This document shows positions 8,421 to 17,696 of a stretch of 24,000 nucleotides of DNA, one piece after another. How positions within the stretch are numbered: position 1 is the first letter of the stretch; every line of letters starts with the position of its first letter. Position numbers and translations under genes: made by a program. The stretch comes from Gallionellaceae bacterium (GTDB lineage: Bacteria > Pseudomonadota > Gammaproteobacteria > Burkholderiales > Gallionellaceae), in contig JAUQWW010000062.1 in the NCBI GenBank assembly GCA_030834965.1, positions 30,115 to 54,114 on the forward strand, in the 5' to 3' direction. The notes below the pieces were generated by a model that was given only the letters and a program-made list of their open reading frames with translations, was not told the origin of the DNA and did not search any database.

Positions 8421-9604
8421 TGGACAAGGTGGGCAAGAAACACAAGCTGGGCCTCGTTCTGAGCGGGGGCGGTGCGCGTGTTGCCTATCAGGTGGGTGTG
8501 CTGAAGGCTATCGCCGAATTCTTGCCGCGCCATACTCATAATCCATTCCCTATTATTTGCGGCACCTCGGCGGGAGCGATCACTGCAGCCACGCTGGCGG
8601 TAAATGCAATGAACTTTCACAAGGGGGTGCAATACCTCTCCAACGTGTGGAAGAACTTTAAGGTCAGCGACGTTTATCGTTCTGATCTGGCCGGTGTGCT
8701 CAGCAACAGCGTGCGCTGGTTAACCGGGCTGGTGCTGAGCATGATGGGCATCAACAAGCTGAACCGGGTGTCGCTGCTGGACAACGCGCCGCTGGTAAAC
8801 CTGCTGAGCCAGACATTGCCCTGCAACAAAATCCAGGAAAATATTGACGCCGGGCTGCTGTATGCGCTGAGCATTACCGCATCGGGCTATGGCTCGGGAC
8901 AGTCGGTGACCTTCTATCAGGGAGTCGAGGGTATCCCGCCCTGGCGCAGGGCGCGCCGCCTGGGAATACCCGCCAGGATTGATGCCCGGCATTTGTTGGC
9001 GTCCGCCGCCATTCCGTTTATTTTTCCGGCGGTGCGTATCAATCGTGAATATTTCGGTGACGGTTCGATGCGCCAGATTGCGCCGATCAGCTCTGCGCTG
9101 CATCTTGGCGCCAGCCGCGTATTGATCATCGGCTTGGGCCAAGGGGGGCCGGAAGTGCCCCGCTACAAGCAGATGGGCGACTATCCGTCGCTGGCGCACA
9201 TTGCCGGCCATGCGCTGAACAGCATTTTTCTCGATAGCCTGGAAGTGGATCTGGAGCGCTTGCAGCGCATCAACCGCACCGTCAGCCTGATGCCGGAAGA
9301 CGTCAAGCAGGCGATTAGTTTGCGCCACATCGACGTGATGGTGATTGCCCCCAGCCAGCCCATCGACAAGATCGCCGAGCATTATGCTGCGCGCCTGCCG
9401 TGGACGATCCGCTTCCTGTTGCGCGGGGTGGGTGCGATGCGGCGCAGCGGGGCGAACCTGGTGAGCTATCTGCTGTTCGACAAGGGGTTCTGCCGTGCGC
9501 TGATCGAGCTGGGATATCAGGACGCATTGAAGCGCAAGGAAGAAATTATGGCTTTCCTTGACCAGAAGCAAGAGGAAGAGGCGGCAGGCAATCTGTCGCA
9601 ATGA
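8420..9604 (+). CDS. Patatin-like phospholipase family protein
   Basis: It has an oxyanion-hole motif (GLVLSGGGARVAYQVG), a nucleophile elbow (GTSAGA, i.e. GxSxG) and a catalytic Asp in FGDGSM. I prefer the ATG at 8420 over the TTG at 8417 used by the track. Confidence 0.9.
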   Translation: MDKVGKKHKLGLVLSGGGARVAYQVGVLKAIAEFLPRHTHNPFPIICGTSAGAITAATLAVNAMNFHKGVQYLSNVWKNFKVSDVYRSDLAGVLSNSVRWLTGLVLSMMGINKLNRVSLLDNAPLVNLLSQTLPCNKIQENIDAGLLYALSITASGYGSGQSVTFYQGVEGIPPWRRARRLGIPARIDARHLLASAAIPFIFPAVRINREYFGDGSMRQIAPISSALHLGASRVLIIGLGQGGPEVPRYKQMGDYPSLAHIAGHALNSIFLDSLEVDLERLQRINRTVSLMPEDVKQAISLRHIDVMVIAPSQPIDKIAEHYAARLPWTIRFLLRGVGAMRRSGANLVSYLLFDKGFCRALIELGYQDALKRKEEIMAFLDQKQEEEAAGNLSQ

Positions 9605-10686
9605 ACGCGCTGATGGACATCTCGCAACAGGATGCGCCCGGGCAGAAACGTGCTGCGAATTTTCGCCAGCTGAATGAACCAGGGACGCTGACCTTTACTC
9701 TGTTGCGCATGCTGGCAGATGGCGAGTTTCATTCCGGCGAAGTGCTCGCGCGGCAGCTGGGCATCTCGCGTGCCAGCGTGAGCAATGCCTTGCGCGAGGT
9801 GGCAGACTATGGCCTGGTTTTGTACAGCGTGCGCGGGCGCGGATACAAACTGGTCAATTCGCCGCAATGGCTGGATGCTGCGCGCGTTTCCAGCCATCTG
9901 GGTGAGCTGGGAAAATTCTTTCGGATTGAAATTCTCGACAGCGCGCCCTCCAGCAACACCCTGCTGTTGCAGCGTGCGGCGGCGAACGCAGCAAATGGGG
10001 GGGCGCCCAGCGGCAGTGTGGTTGCCGTGGAATGGCAAAGCGGTGGGCGTGGCCGCCAAGGTCGCGTGTGGCATTCCGGTCTGGGCAATGCGCTGACGTT
10101 TTCGCTGCTGTGGCGTTTCGAGCGCGGCCTGTCGGCCTTGTCTGGCTTGAGCCTCGCGGCAGGCGTGGCCCTGATGCGTGCGCTGCATGCACTTGATGTA
10201 AAGGATGCGCAGCTTAAATGGCCGAACGACGTGCTGGGTGCGCAGGGGAAATTGGCCGGCATACTGGTTGAGGCACAGGGCGACATGCTGGGGCCCAGTG
10301 CGGTGGTGATTGGCATCGGCATGAATCTGTCCTTGCCGCACACGGTATCGCGGCACATCGGCCAGCCGGTGGCCAATCTGGCAGACATGACAGCCGCCTT
10401 GCCGGAGCGCAACCACCTGTTTGCGGTATTATTGCGTGAGCTGCACGGCGTGTTGCAGGAATTCGCCGCACGCGGTTTCGCCGCGTTGCGCATGGAATGG
10501 GAAAGCGATCATGCCTGGCACAACCGGCCGGTACAGTTGCAGCTGCCCGATGGCGCCAGTGTGACAGGCATCGCACGGGGCGTGACAGAAGAAGGTGCGC
10601 TGCAATTGGAGACGAAGCAGGGAATGCTGAGGTTTAATGTGGGTGAGATCAGTTTGCGGAGCGGCTCGGGACATGTTGCTGCTTGA
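9601..10686 (+). CDS. birA: Bifunctional biotin--[acetyl-CoA-carboxylase] ligase / biotin operon repressor
   Basis: It has an N-terminal wHTH (LLRMLADGEFHSGEVLARQLGISRASVSNAL), the biotin-ligase signature (QSGGRGRQGRVWHS), and KWPNDV. The start forms an ATGA overlap with the patatin stop. The N-terminus is ~30 aa longer than typical, so the true start could be further downstream. Confidence 0.9.
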   Translation: MNALMDISQQDAPGQKRAANFRQLNEPGTLTFTLLRMLADGEFHSGEVLARQLGISRASVSNALREVADYGLVLYSVRGRGYKLVNSPQWLDAARVSSHLGELGKFFRIEILDSAPSSNTLLLQRAAANAANGGAPSGSVVAVEWQSGGRGRQGRVWHSGLGNALTFSLLWRFERGLSALSGLSLAAGVALMRALHALDVKDAQLKWPNDVLGAQGKLAGILVEAQGDMLGPSAVVIGIGMNLSLPHTVSRHIGQPVANLADMTAALPERNHLFAVLLRELHGVLQEFAARGFAALRMEWESDHAWHNRPVQLQLPDGASVTGIARGVTEEGALQLETKQGMLRFNVGEISLRSGSGHVAA

Positions 10687-11419
10687 TATCGGCAACAGCC
10701 GGGCAAAATGGCTTCTGGTGGAAAACGGCGTATGGGTGCTGCAGGGAACGGTGGATCGCACCGACGTGGACGGCTTGCGGCATGCGTTTTCAGCCCTGCC
10801 GCCGCCGCAGAGAATTCTGGCGTCCAATGTTGCAGGCGAGTACGCGGCACAGCAGGTGCGCGCTGCCTGTGCCGCGTGGCCGTCCCCGGTCGAATTCATC
10901 ACGGCCCAGACTGAGCAGTGCGGCGTGCGCAACGCTTACGAACAGCCCGCACAGCTCGGCAGTGACCGCTGGGCGGCGCTCATCGCTGCGTGGCACCAGG
11001 TACATGCGGCCTGCCTGGTGGTGAATTGCGGCACGGCAACGACTGTGGATGCGCTGTCGTCCGAGGGAGAGTTTCTCGGCGGCCTGATATTGCCGGGCAT
11101 GGACATGATGCGACGCAGCCTGGCCGCAGGGACTGCCCAGCTGGCAGAAGCCGCAGGAAGTTGGCACGAATTTCCGCGCTCCACCGCAGATGCCATGTTC
11201 AGTGGCGCGATCCAGGCCACCGTGGGTGCCATCCGTTTGCAGTTCGAGGCGCTGGCCGTGCATGGCGCGGTACGCTGCCTGTTGAGCGGCGGTGCGTCGG
11301 ACAGTGTGCAGGCACACCTCAATTTGCCTCTGGAACGGACGGATAATCTGGTATTGCGTGGCCTGCAAATAATCTGCCAGCAGGATGTGCAGATAATGAA
11401 ACAGAAAGCGGAGGCATGA
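10673..11419 (+). CDS. coaX: Type III pantothenate kinase
   Basis: From the ATG at 10673 the protein begins MLLLDIGNSRAKW, the canonical CoaX/Baf N-terminus. It also has NCGTATTVD and an ASKHA-fold pattern. It overlaps the birA 3' end by 14 nt. Confidence 0.9.
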   Translation: MLLLDIGNSRAKWLLVENGVWVLQGTVDRTDVDGLRHAFSALPPPQRILASNVAGEYAAQQVRAACAAWPSPVEFITAQTEQCGVRNAYEQPAQLGSDRWAALIAAWHQVHAACLVVNCGTATTVDALSSEGEFLGGLILPGMDMMRRSLAAGTAQLAEAAGSWHEFPRSTADAMFSGAIQATVGAIRLQFEALAVHGAVRCLLSGGASDSVQAHLNLPLERTDNLVLRGLQIICQQDVQIMKQKAEA

Positions 11420-12177
11420 TGAAGTGGCTGTTCTGGTTGCTGCTGCTGGCCAATCTGATGTTCTTTGCATTCATGCAATGGGGCGGCGTATTGGTTGAAG
11501 ATGGCAGAAACCTGCAGCCTCAGCAGGCAATCAATGCGGAAAAGATCAAGCTGCTGACAGCATCGTCCGTAGTGCCGGCGCCTGAGTTGCCAGCGTCTGC
11601 AGCACAGTCTTTCGTACCAGTGTTGCCTTTGCCTGCTGCGCAGTCATCTGTGGCGGCGGTCAACGCTGCTGTTTGTCTGGAGTGGGGCGAGTTTTCCGGC
11701 AACGATTTCACGCGTGCGAGCACCGCCCTTTCCGCGCTGCATCTCAATGACAGGGTCACGCAGCGGCAGGCTGAGCATGTCAGCGGCTATTGGGTCTACA
11801 TTCCGCCGCTGAAGAGCCGTGTCGAGGTGGACAGAAAAGTCGCTCAACTCAAGGCACGTGGCGTGGTGGAATATTTTGTCGTAAATGAGGCAGGAACATG
11901 GCAGAACGCTATCTCCCTGGGCATCTTCAAGACTGAAGAGTCAGCGCAGAAACATCTGGGCAGCCTGCAGGCCAAGGGCGTCATCTCTGCCAAAGTGGGC
12001 GAGCGTACGAGCAAGCTCACATCCACGATATTTGAGCTGAAAAACCTGGACGCCGGGATGGCCGATAAAGTAAGGGCGCTGCGGGATGAATTCCCCGCCA
12101 GTGAACTGAAAACGGTGGGCTGCAATGGGCAAAATCACATTTTCCAGCAGCCGGCACAATTGACAAATGGTGGCTAA
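11416..12177 (+). CDS. SPOR domain-containing membrane protein
   Basis: It has an N-terminal TM helix (WLFWLLLLANLMFFAF), an Ala/Pro/Ser linker, and a C-terminal SPOR-like region (WVYIPPLKSRVEVDRKVAQLKARGV...ISLGIFKTEESAQKHLGSLQAKGV). A GGAGG SD is present, and the start forms an ATGA overlap with the coaX stop. Confidence 0.8.
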   Translation: MMKWLFWLLLLANLMFFAFMQWGGVLVEDGRNLQPQQAINAEKIKLLTASSVVPAPELPASAAQSFVPVLPLPAAQSSVAAVNAAVCLEWGEFSGNDFTRASTALSALHLNDRVTQRQAEHVSGYWVYIPPLKSRVEVDRKVAQLKARGVVEYFVVNEAGTWQNAISLGIFKTEESAQKHLGSLQAKGVISAKVGERTSKLTSTIFELKNLDAGMADKVRALRDEFPASELKTVGCNGQNHIFQQPAQLTNGG

Positions 12178-12202
12178 ATCTGGAGAATGCCGCGCTCTTA
12201 AT

Positions 12203-12279
12203 GGTGATATAGCTCAGGTGGTTAGAGCGCAGCACTCATAACGCTGAGGTCGGTGGTTCAAATCCACCTATCACCACCA
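12203..12279 (+). tRNA. tRNA with anticodon CAT: elongator tRNA-Met, or tRNA-Ile2 if C34 is lysidinylated
   Basis: Manual cloverleaf: acceptor GGTGATA/TATCACC; D arm GCTC-AGGTGGTTA-GAGC; anticodon arm CAGCA-CTCATAA-CGCTG (31-39 is an A-C mismatch); V loop AGGTC; T arm GGTGG-TTCAAAT-CCACC; discriminator A; encoded CCA. It is not an initiator, because 1-72 is paired and the anticodon stem lacks three G-C pairs. Confidence 0.9.
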
Positions 12280-12307
12280 AACAATGCAGGCAACTTGCAG
12301 GTGCAAT

Positions 12308-12341
12308 AAAAAACTCCAATCCGGACGGATTGGAGTTTTTT
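12308..12341. terminator. Bidirectional rho-independent terminator
   Basis: 10-bp stem ACTCCAATCC (12313-12322) / GGATTGGAGT (12327-12336) with a GGAC loop. It is flanked by an A-run (12308-12313) and a T-run (12336-12341). It therefore reads as hairpin plus U-tract on both strands, serving the tRNA (+) and the small ORF (-). Confidence 0.85.
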
Positions 12342-12361
12342 ATTTGTTGGGTGCTGCCAGG

Positions 12362-12457
12362 TTACTTGCCGGCAAAGAATTCTTTTATCAGCCACAAGGA
12401 AAACAGGAGTGCTGCGACTGCGGTGCCTATTGCGGATATGGTTGCGATGATTGCCAT
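12362..12457 (-). CDS. Candidate 31-aa single-helix hydrophobic small protein (absent from the ORF track)
   Basis: My translation gives MAIIATISAIGTAVAALLFSLWLIKEFFAGK, then TAA. GGGGA lies 8 nt upstream of the ATG. Promoter-like TTGATT-17-TTAAAA and TTGCAG-16-TAGGAT elements occur on the minus strand at ~12470-12540. The bidirectional terminator lies 20 nt past the stop. Confidence 0.45.
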   Translation of the reverse strand: MAIIATISAIGTAVAALLFSLWLIKEFFAGK

Positions 12458-12672
12458 TTTTTTTCCCCGGAAATTATTTTTTAACTATGGGTCTTGATAC
12501 AAATCAAATCCTAGCACAATTTTTTGCGGCTGCAAGGCTTTTTCGATAAAATTAGCCGAGCTGTTTGGTCGGGTTTGCTCGACTTTTCTCCTTGTTGTTG
12601 CGGTAACATTGTCGGCACTTTCCATGTTGATCGCGGTTCCCCTGTTGTTCGTTTACCCCGGATTTTAACGGC

Positions 12673-14007
12673 GTGTCAGGAAAATTTTATATCAAGACGT
12701 TCGGTTGCCAGATGAACGAGTATGACTCGGACAAAATGGCGGATGTGTTGCGTGCCCGCGAAGGCATGGAGCAGACGGATAATCCGGAAGATGCGGATGT
12801 CATTCTGTTCAATACCTGTTCGGTGCGCGAGAAGGCGCAGGAGAAGGTGTTCTCCGACCTGGGGCGGGTGCGCCCGCTGAAACAGGCCAAGCCGGGCCTG
12901 CTCATCGGCGTGGCCGGATGCGTCGCCAGCCAGGAAGGCGAGGCGATCGTGAAGCGCGCGCCCTATGTGGACATGGTATTCGGACCGCAGACCCTGCATC
13001 GCCTGCCGCAGCTGATGGCGGCGCGGCGCGCGAGCGGTCGCCCGCAGGTGGATATCAGTTTCCCCGAGATCGAAAAATTCGATCACCTGCCACAGGCCCG
13101 GACGACAGCCGGCTCGGCTTTCGTTTCCATCATGGAGGGATGCAGCAAATACTGCTCCTATTGCGTGGTGCCGTATACCCGGGGCGAGGAGATTTCGCGC
13201 CCGTTCGCGGATGTGCTGCGCGATGTGCAAATACTGACGGCGCAGGGTGTCGGTGAAATTACATTGCTGGGGCAGAATGTGAATGCCTACTGCGGCGTGA
13301 TGGAGGATGGCGAAACCGTGGACCTGGCGTTCCTGTTGCAGGCGCTCGCGGCGCTGGATGATGTGCAGCGGCTGCGCTTCACCACTTCGCATCCGCGCGA
13401 AATGACCCAGCGCCTGATTGATGTATATGTCAGCACACCCAAGCTGGCGAGCCAGCTGCACCTGCCGGTGCAGTCCGGTTCGGATCGCATCCTGGCTGCA
13501 ATGAAACGCGGTTACACGACGCTGGAGTACAAGTCTATCATCCGCAAGCTGCGCGCGGCGCGCCCGGATATCGTGCTGTCCTCGGATTTCATTGTCGGCT
13601 TCCCCGGCGAGACCGAGCGCGATTTCGAGGCGACGCTGAAGCTGGTCGAAGATATCGAGTTCGATGCCAGCTTCAGTTTCCTGTACAGCTCGCGCCCGGG
13701 CACGCCTGCCGCGGAAATGCAGGACGAGGTGCAGCACGAGGTCAAGGCCGAGCGCTTGCAGCGCTTGCAGGATTTGCTGGCGGCGCAGGCGCAGGAGTTG
13801 CCAAAAAAACTGATCGGCACGACTCAACGCGTGCTGGTGGAAAGCGTGTCGCGCAAGGATGCGCAGGAGGTGGCGGGACGCATGGACAACAACCGCATCG
13901 TTAATTTTGTCGGCTCGCCCGGCATGGTGGGGCGTTTTGTGGATGTTAAAATCACCGGCGTCTGGGCTTACACGCTGCGTGGCGAACTGGTGCTGAATCA
14001 AGACTGA
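12673..14007 (+). CDS. miaB: tRNA-2-methylthio-N6-dimethylallyladenosine synthase (radical SAM methylthiotransferase)
   Basis: GTG start. The N-terminus [21 protein letters not shown] carries UPF0004-domain Cys residues. It has a radical-SAM motif ([15 protein letters not shown]) and a C-terminal TRAM region. Confidence 0.95.
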   Translation: MSGKFYIKTFGCQMNEYDSDKMADVLRAREGMEQTDNPEDADVILFNTCSVREKAQEKVFSDLGRVRPLKQAKPGLLIGVAGCVASQEGEAIVKRAPYVDMVFGPQTLHRLPQLMAARRASGRPQVDISFPEIEKFDHLPQARTTAGSAFVSIMEGCSKYCSYCVVPYTRGEEISRPFADVLRDVQILTAQGVGEITLLGQNVNAYCGVMEDGETVDLAFLLQALAALDDVQRLRFTTSHPREMTQRLIDVYVSTPKLASQLHLPVQSGSDRILAAMKRGYTTLEYKSIIRKLRAARPDIVLSSDFIVGFPGETERDFEATLKLVEDIEFDASFSFLYSSRPGTPAAEMQDEVQHEVKAERLQRLQDLLAAQAQELPKKLIGTTQRVLVESVSRKDAQEVAGRMDNNRIVNFVGSPGMVGRFVDVKITGVWAYTLRGELVLNQD

Positions 14008-14009
14008 AT

Positions 14010-14975
14010 ATGGGCTCCCTGCAATTTTCCATGACTCCTGTCGACAACGTGCGGCTGGCCCGGCTGTGCGGCACGTTTGACGAGAATCTGCGCCAGATCG
14101 AAACGGCGCTGGAAGTGGTCATTGCGCGGCGCGGCGAGCATTTCAGCGTGGAGGGTGAAACACGCCAGGCCGAACTGGCGCGCAAGGTATTGCAGGATTT
14201 TTACCGCGAGGCCAAGCACGATATCAGTCTGGAAAGTTTGCAGCTCGGCCTCATCGAGGCGATGAAGACGGTCAGCGAAGCCCAGGTGAAGACAGCGTTC
14301 GTGCCGCTGCTGGTGACATCCAGAGCCGAGATACACGGCCGCACACCCCGCCAGAACGATTACCTGCAAGCCATTCAGGTGCACGACATCACCTTTGGTG
14401 TGGGGCCAGCCGGCACCGGCAAGACTTATCTCGCCGTGGCGTGCGCGGTGGATGCGCTGCAGCGCGATGCGGTCAAGCGGCTGGTGCTGGTGCGCCCGGC
14501 TGTGGAGGCGGGCGAGCACCTGGGTTTCCTGCCCGGCGATCTGGCGCAGAAGGTCGACCCCTACCTGCGTCCGCTGTATGACGCGCTCTATGATCTGATG
14601 GGGCCGGATAAGGTGGTCAAGGCATTTGAGCGCGGCGTCATCGAAATTGCGCCGCTCGCGTACATGCGCGGGCGCACCATCAATCATTCCTTCATCATTC
14701 TTGATGAAGCGCAGAACACCACGCCGGAGCAGATGAAGATGTTCCTGACCAGAATTGGATTCGGCAGCAAGGCGGTCATTACCGGCGACGTCACGCAGAT
14801 CGATCTGGCGCGCGGGCAGAAGAGCGGTCTGGTCGAGGCGCGTGCGATACTCAATGAAGTGCGCGGCATTGCCTTCAGCGAATTCCTCGCAGAGGATGTG
14901 GTGCGCCATCCGCTGGTGCAGAAAATCGTTGCTGCCTATGAGCGCCATGAGCTGGAAAAGAAACAGAAGCCATGA
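14010..14975 (+). CDS. ybeZ: PhoH-like ATPase
   Basis: Walker A (GPAGTGKTYLAVA), Walker B (FIILDEAQN), and ITGDVTQIDL. It sits in the conserved miaB-ybeZ-ybeY-corC context. Confidence 0.93.
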   Translation: MGSLQFSMTPVDNVRLARLCGTFDENLRQIETALEVVIARRGEHFSVEGETRQAELARKVLQDFYREAKHDISLESLQLGLIEAMKTVSEAQVKTAFVPLLVTSRAEIHGRTPRQNDYLQAIQVHDITFGVGPAGTGKTYLAVACAVDALQRDAVKRLVLVRPAVEAGEHLGFLPGDLAQKVDPYLRPLYDALYDLMGPDKVVKAFERGVIEIAPLAYMRGRTINHSFIILDEAQNTTPEQMKMFLTRIGFGSKAVITGDVTQIDLARGQKSGLVEARAILNEVRGIAFSEFLAEDVVRHPLVQKIVAAYERHELEKKQKP

Positions 14976-15421
14976 GCGCGGTACACAGACTTTCTTTGGC
15001 CGTGCAATACGCGACCGGGGCGGAGCATCTTCCCACGCGAGCACAATTTCGCCGCTGGATAAAAGCGGCATTGCAGCGCGATGTGCAGATTGCGCTGCGC
15101 ATTGTGGATGAGGCCGAAGGGCGTGCGCTGAACAAGGATTTTCGCGGCAAGGACTACGCCACCAACGTGCTGACCTTCGTGTATGACGACGCCGACCCTC
15201 TAACTGGCGATATCGTCATCTGTGCGCCGGTGGTGGAAAAAGAAGCGCGCGCCCAGCACAAGGAACTGCTCGCACACTATGCGCACATGACCATTCACGC
15301 AGCCTTGCACCTGCAAGGTTATGACCATGAAAACGACCGGGATGCAGCAGCAATGGAGGCGTGCGAAACTGCATTGCTGGCAAAATTAGGGTATGCTGAT
15401 CCTTACCAAGCTGTAACCTGA
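14972..15421 (+). CDS. ybeY: rRNA maturation endoribonuclease YbeY
   Basis: Metal-binding motif HAALHLQGYDH (HxxxHxxxxxH). The start forms an ATGA overlap with ybeZ. Confidence 0.93.
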   Translation: MSAVHRLSLAVQYATGAEHLPTRAQFRRWIKAALQRDVQIALRIVDEAEGRALNKDFRGKDYATNVLTFVYDDADPLTGDIVICAPVVEKEARAQHKELLAHYAHMTIHAALHLQGYDHENDRDAAAMEACETALLAKLGYADPYQAVT

Positions 15422-15431
15422 ACCAATAAAG

Positions 15432-16298
15432 ATGGACCAACCCGAAAGTAACAAACCTGCGAGCAGCAAGCCCAGCCTGCTCGAACGGCTTTCCGCGATG
15501 CTGTTGCGCGAGCCGGAAGATCGTGAGCAACTGATCGCCCTGCTGCACTCCGCCTATGAGCGCAATCTGCTGGATGCCGACGCCCTGTCCATGATGGAAG
15601 GGGTCATTCTGGTGGCCGAGCAGCAAGTTTATGAAATCATGATTCCGCGCGCGCAGATGGATGTCATCGACATCAGCCAGCCACCTGAGCAATTCATTCC
15701 CTTTGTCATCGAGACTGCGCACTCGCGCTTTCCCGTCATCGACGGCAATAAGGACAACATCGTCGGCATCCTGCTCGCCAAGGATTTGCTGCGTTATTAC
15801 GCGGGCGAGGGATTCAACGTGCGCGAGATGCTGCGACCGGCCGTGTTTGTGCCGGAATCCAAACGGCTCAATGTGCTGCTGCGCGATTTTCGCAGCAATC
15901 GCAACCACATCGCGCTGGTGGTGGACGAATACGGCGGCGTGTGCGGCATGGTCACCATCGAGGACGTGCTGGAACAGATCGTCGGCGACATCGAAGACGA
16001 ATATGATTTCGACGATGATATGGACAACATCATTCCGGACGGCTCAGGCAACTGGCGCGTCAAGGCATCCACCGAAATCGCGGATTTCAACGAGGCGCTC
16101 GATACCGATTACAGCGACGAAGAATGCGACACCATTGGCGGCCTGGTGCTCAAGGCCGCGGGGCGGCTGCCCAAGCGCGGCGAGCACATTGCCATCGGCG
16201 CCCTCACCTTCACCGTGCTGCGCGCCGACAGTCGCCGGCTATACTCATTGCTGGTGGAGCATAAGCCGGCGCATCAGGGGCTGGAAGCAGGCGCCTAA
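15432..16298 (+). CDS. corC: CBS-pair plus CorC/HlyC transporter-associated domain protein (Mg/Co efflux-related)
   Basis: Typical CorC layout: EDREQLIALL...MMEGVILVAEQQVYEIMIPRAQM, tandem CBS domains, and a C-terminal CorC_HlyC region (IGGLVL...GRLPKRGE). Confidence 0.9.
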   Translation: MDQPESNKPASSKPSLLERLSAMLLREPEDREQLIALLHSAYERNLLDADALSMMEGVILVAEQQVYEIMIPRAQMDVIDISQPPEQFIPFVIETAHSRFPVIDGNKDNIVGILLAKDLLRYYAGEGFNVREMLRPAVFVPESKRLNVLLRDFRSNRNHIALVVDEYGGVCGMVTIEDVLEQIVGDIEDEYDFDDDMDNIIPDGSGNWRVKASTEIADFNEALDTDYSDEECDTIGGLVLKAAGRLPKRGEHIAIGALTFTVLRADSRRLYSLLVEHKPAHQGLEAGA

Positions 16299-16399
16299 GC
16301 CTCATGTGGGCTGCACGGGCCACACTGCAACTCTAACGGCCTTCGCCCTCACTCCCCGTTCAGCGCAAGGAACGGCATTTCCGCCCTTCCCATCCAGCA

Positions 16400-16408
16400 T
16401 GGTAAAAT
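16400..16408 (+). promoter_or_regulatory. Candidate extended -10 promoter (TGGTAAAAT) for glyA
   Basis: TGnTAAAAT lies 41 nt upstream of the glyA ATG and is followed by a GC-rich discriminator (GCGCG). I saw no clear -35. Confidence 0.35.
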
Positions 16409-16448
16409 GCGCGTCTTTTCCGTTTACCGTTGATTTGGAAGGCTTGTC

Positions 16449-17696
16449 ATGTTCTCTAGCAAAAATACCATCGCCCATACTGACCCGGAACTGTGGGCAG
16501 CGATCCAGAATGAAAATCGCCGCCAGGAAGATCACATCGAGCTGATCGCCTCGGAAAACTACACCAGCCCCGCGGTGATGGAGGCGCAGGGCAGCCAGCT
16601 CACCAACAAGTACGCCGAGGGCTATCCCGGCAAGCGCTATTACGGCGGCTGCGAATATGTGGACGTGGCGGAACAGCTGGCGATTGATCGCGCCAAGCAG
16701 TTGTTCGGCGCGGAATACGCCAACGTGCAGCCACATTCCGGCTCACAGGCCAATCAGGCAGTGTATGTGTCGGTGCTCAAGCCCGGCGACACGATTTTGG
16801 GAATGAGCCTGGCGCATGGCGGCCATTTGACCCACGGCGCTTCGGTGAACATCAGCGGCAAGCTGTACAACGCCATCACCTACGGCTTGAACGAGAAAGA
16901 AGAGATCGACTACGACGCGGTGCAGAAGCTGGCCAGTGAGCACAAGCCGAAGATGATCGTGGCGGGTGCTTCCGCTTATGCGCTGGTGATCGACTGGAAG
17001 CGCTTCCGCGCGATTGCCGACAGTGTCGGTGCTTATCTGTTCGTGGACATGGCGCACTATGCGGGCCTGATCGCGGCGGGCTTCTACCCCAATCCGGTCG
17101 GCATCGCGGATTTCGTCACCACCACCACCCATAAGACACTGCGCGGTCCGCGCGGCGGCCTGATCCTGGCCAAAGCGGAACATGAGAAGGCGCTGAACTC
17201 GGCGATTTTCCCGTGCCTGCAGGGCGGTCCGCTGATGCACGTGATCGCGGCCAAGGCCGTGGCGTTCAAGGAAGCGATGAGCAAGGAATTCAAGGTCTAC
17301 CAGGGCCAGGTGATCGACAACGCGCGCGTGATGGCCAAAGTGCTGCAGGAACGCGGCGTACGCATCGTGTCCGGCCGCACTGACAGCCATGTGTTTTTGG
17401 TTGACCTGCAACCCAAGAACCTCACCGGCAAGGATGCCGAGGCGGCGCTGGGCCGCGCGCACATCACAGTGAACAAGAACGCCATCCCCAATGATCCGCA
17501 AAAGCCCTTCGTCACCAGCGGCATCCGTATCGGCAGCCCCGCAATGACCACGCGCGGATTCAAGGAACTGGAAGCCGAAAAATTGGCGCATCTGATTGCC
17601 GACGTGTTGGACGCGCCGACCAATGATGCCGAGATCGAGCGCGTGGCAGGCCATGTCAAGCTGCTGTGCCAGAAATTTCCGGTATATGGAGAATAA
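16449..17696 (+). CDS. glyA: Serine hydroxymethyltransferase
   Basis: 415-aa ORF with [37 protein letters not shown] and a PLP-lysine region ([15 protein letters not shown]). Confidence 0.97.
   Translation: MFSSKNTIAHTDPELWAAIQNENRRQEDHIELIASENYTSPAVMEAQGSQLTNKYAEGYPGKRYYGGCEYVDVAEQLAIDRAKQLFGAEYANVQPHSGSQANQAVYVSVLKPGDTILGMSLAHGGHLTHGASVNISGKLYNAITYGLNEKEEIDYDAVQKLASEHKPKMIVAGASAYALVIDWKRFRAIADSVGAYLFVDMAHYAGLIAAGFYPNPVGIADFVTTTTHKTLRGPRGGLILAKAEHEKALNSAIFPCLQGGPLMHVIAAKAVAFKEAMSKEFKVYQGQVIDNARVMAKVLQERGVRIVSGRTDSHVFLVDLQPKNLTGKDAEAALGRAHITVNKNAIPNDPQKPFVTSGIRIGSPAMTTRGFKELEAEKLAHLIADVLDAPTNDAEIERVAGHVKLLCQKFPVYGE

Noticed and set aside
12180-12672. Integrase, genomic island or IS element next to the tRNA, and the Cys-rich 66-aa plus-strand ORF at 12284-12484.
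   Set aside because: There is no integrase or transposase ORF and no repeat of the tRNA 3' end. The 66-aa ORF has no SD, starts 5 nt after the tRNA, runs straight through the terminator hairpin, and is antisense to the better-supported 31-codon ORF.
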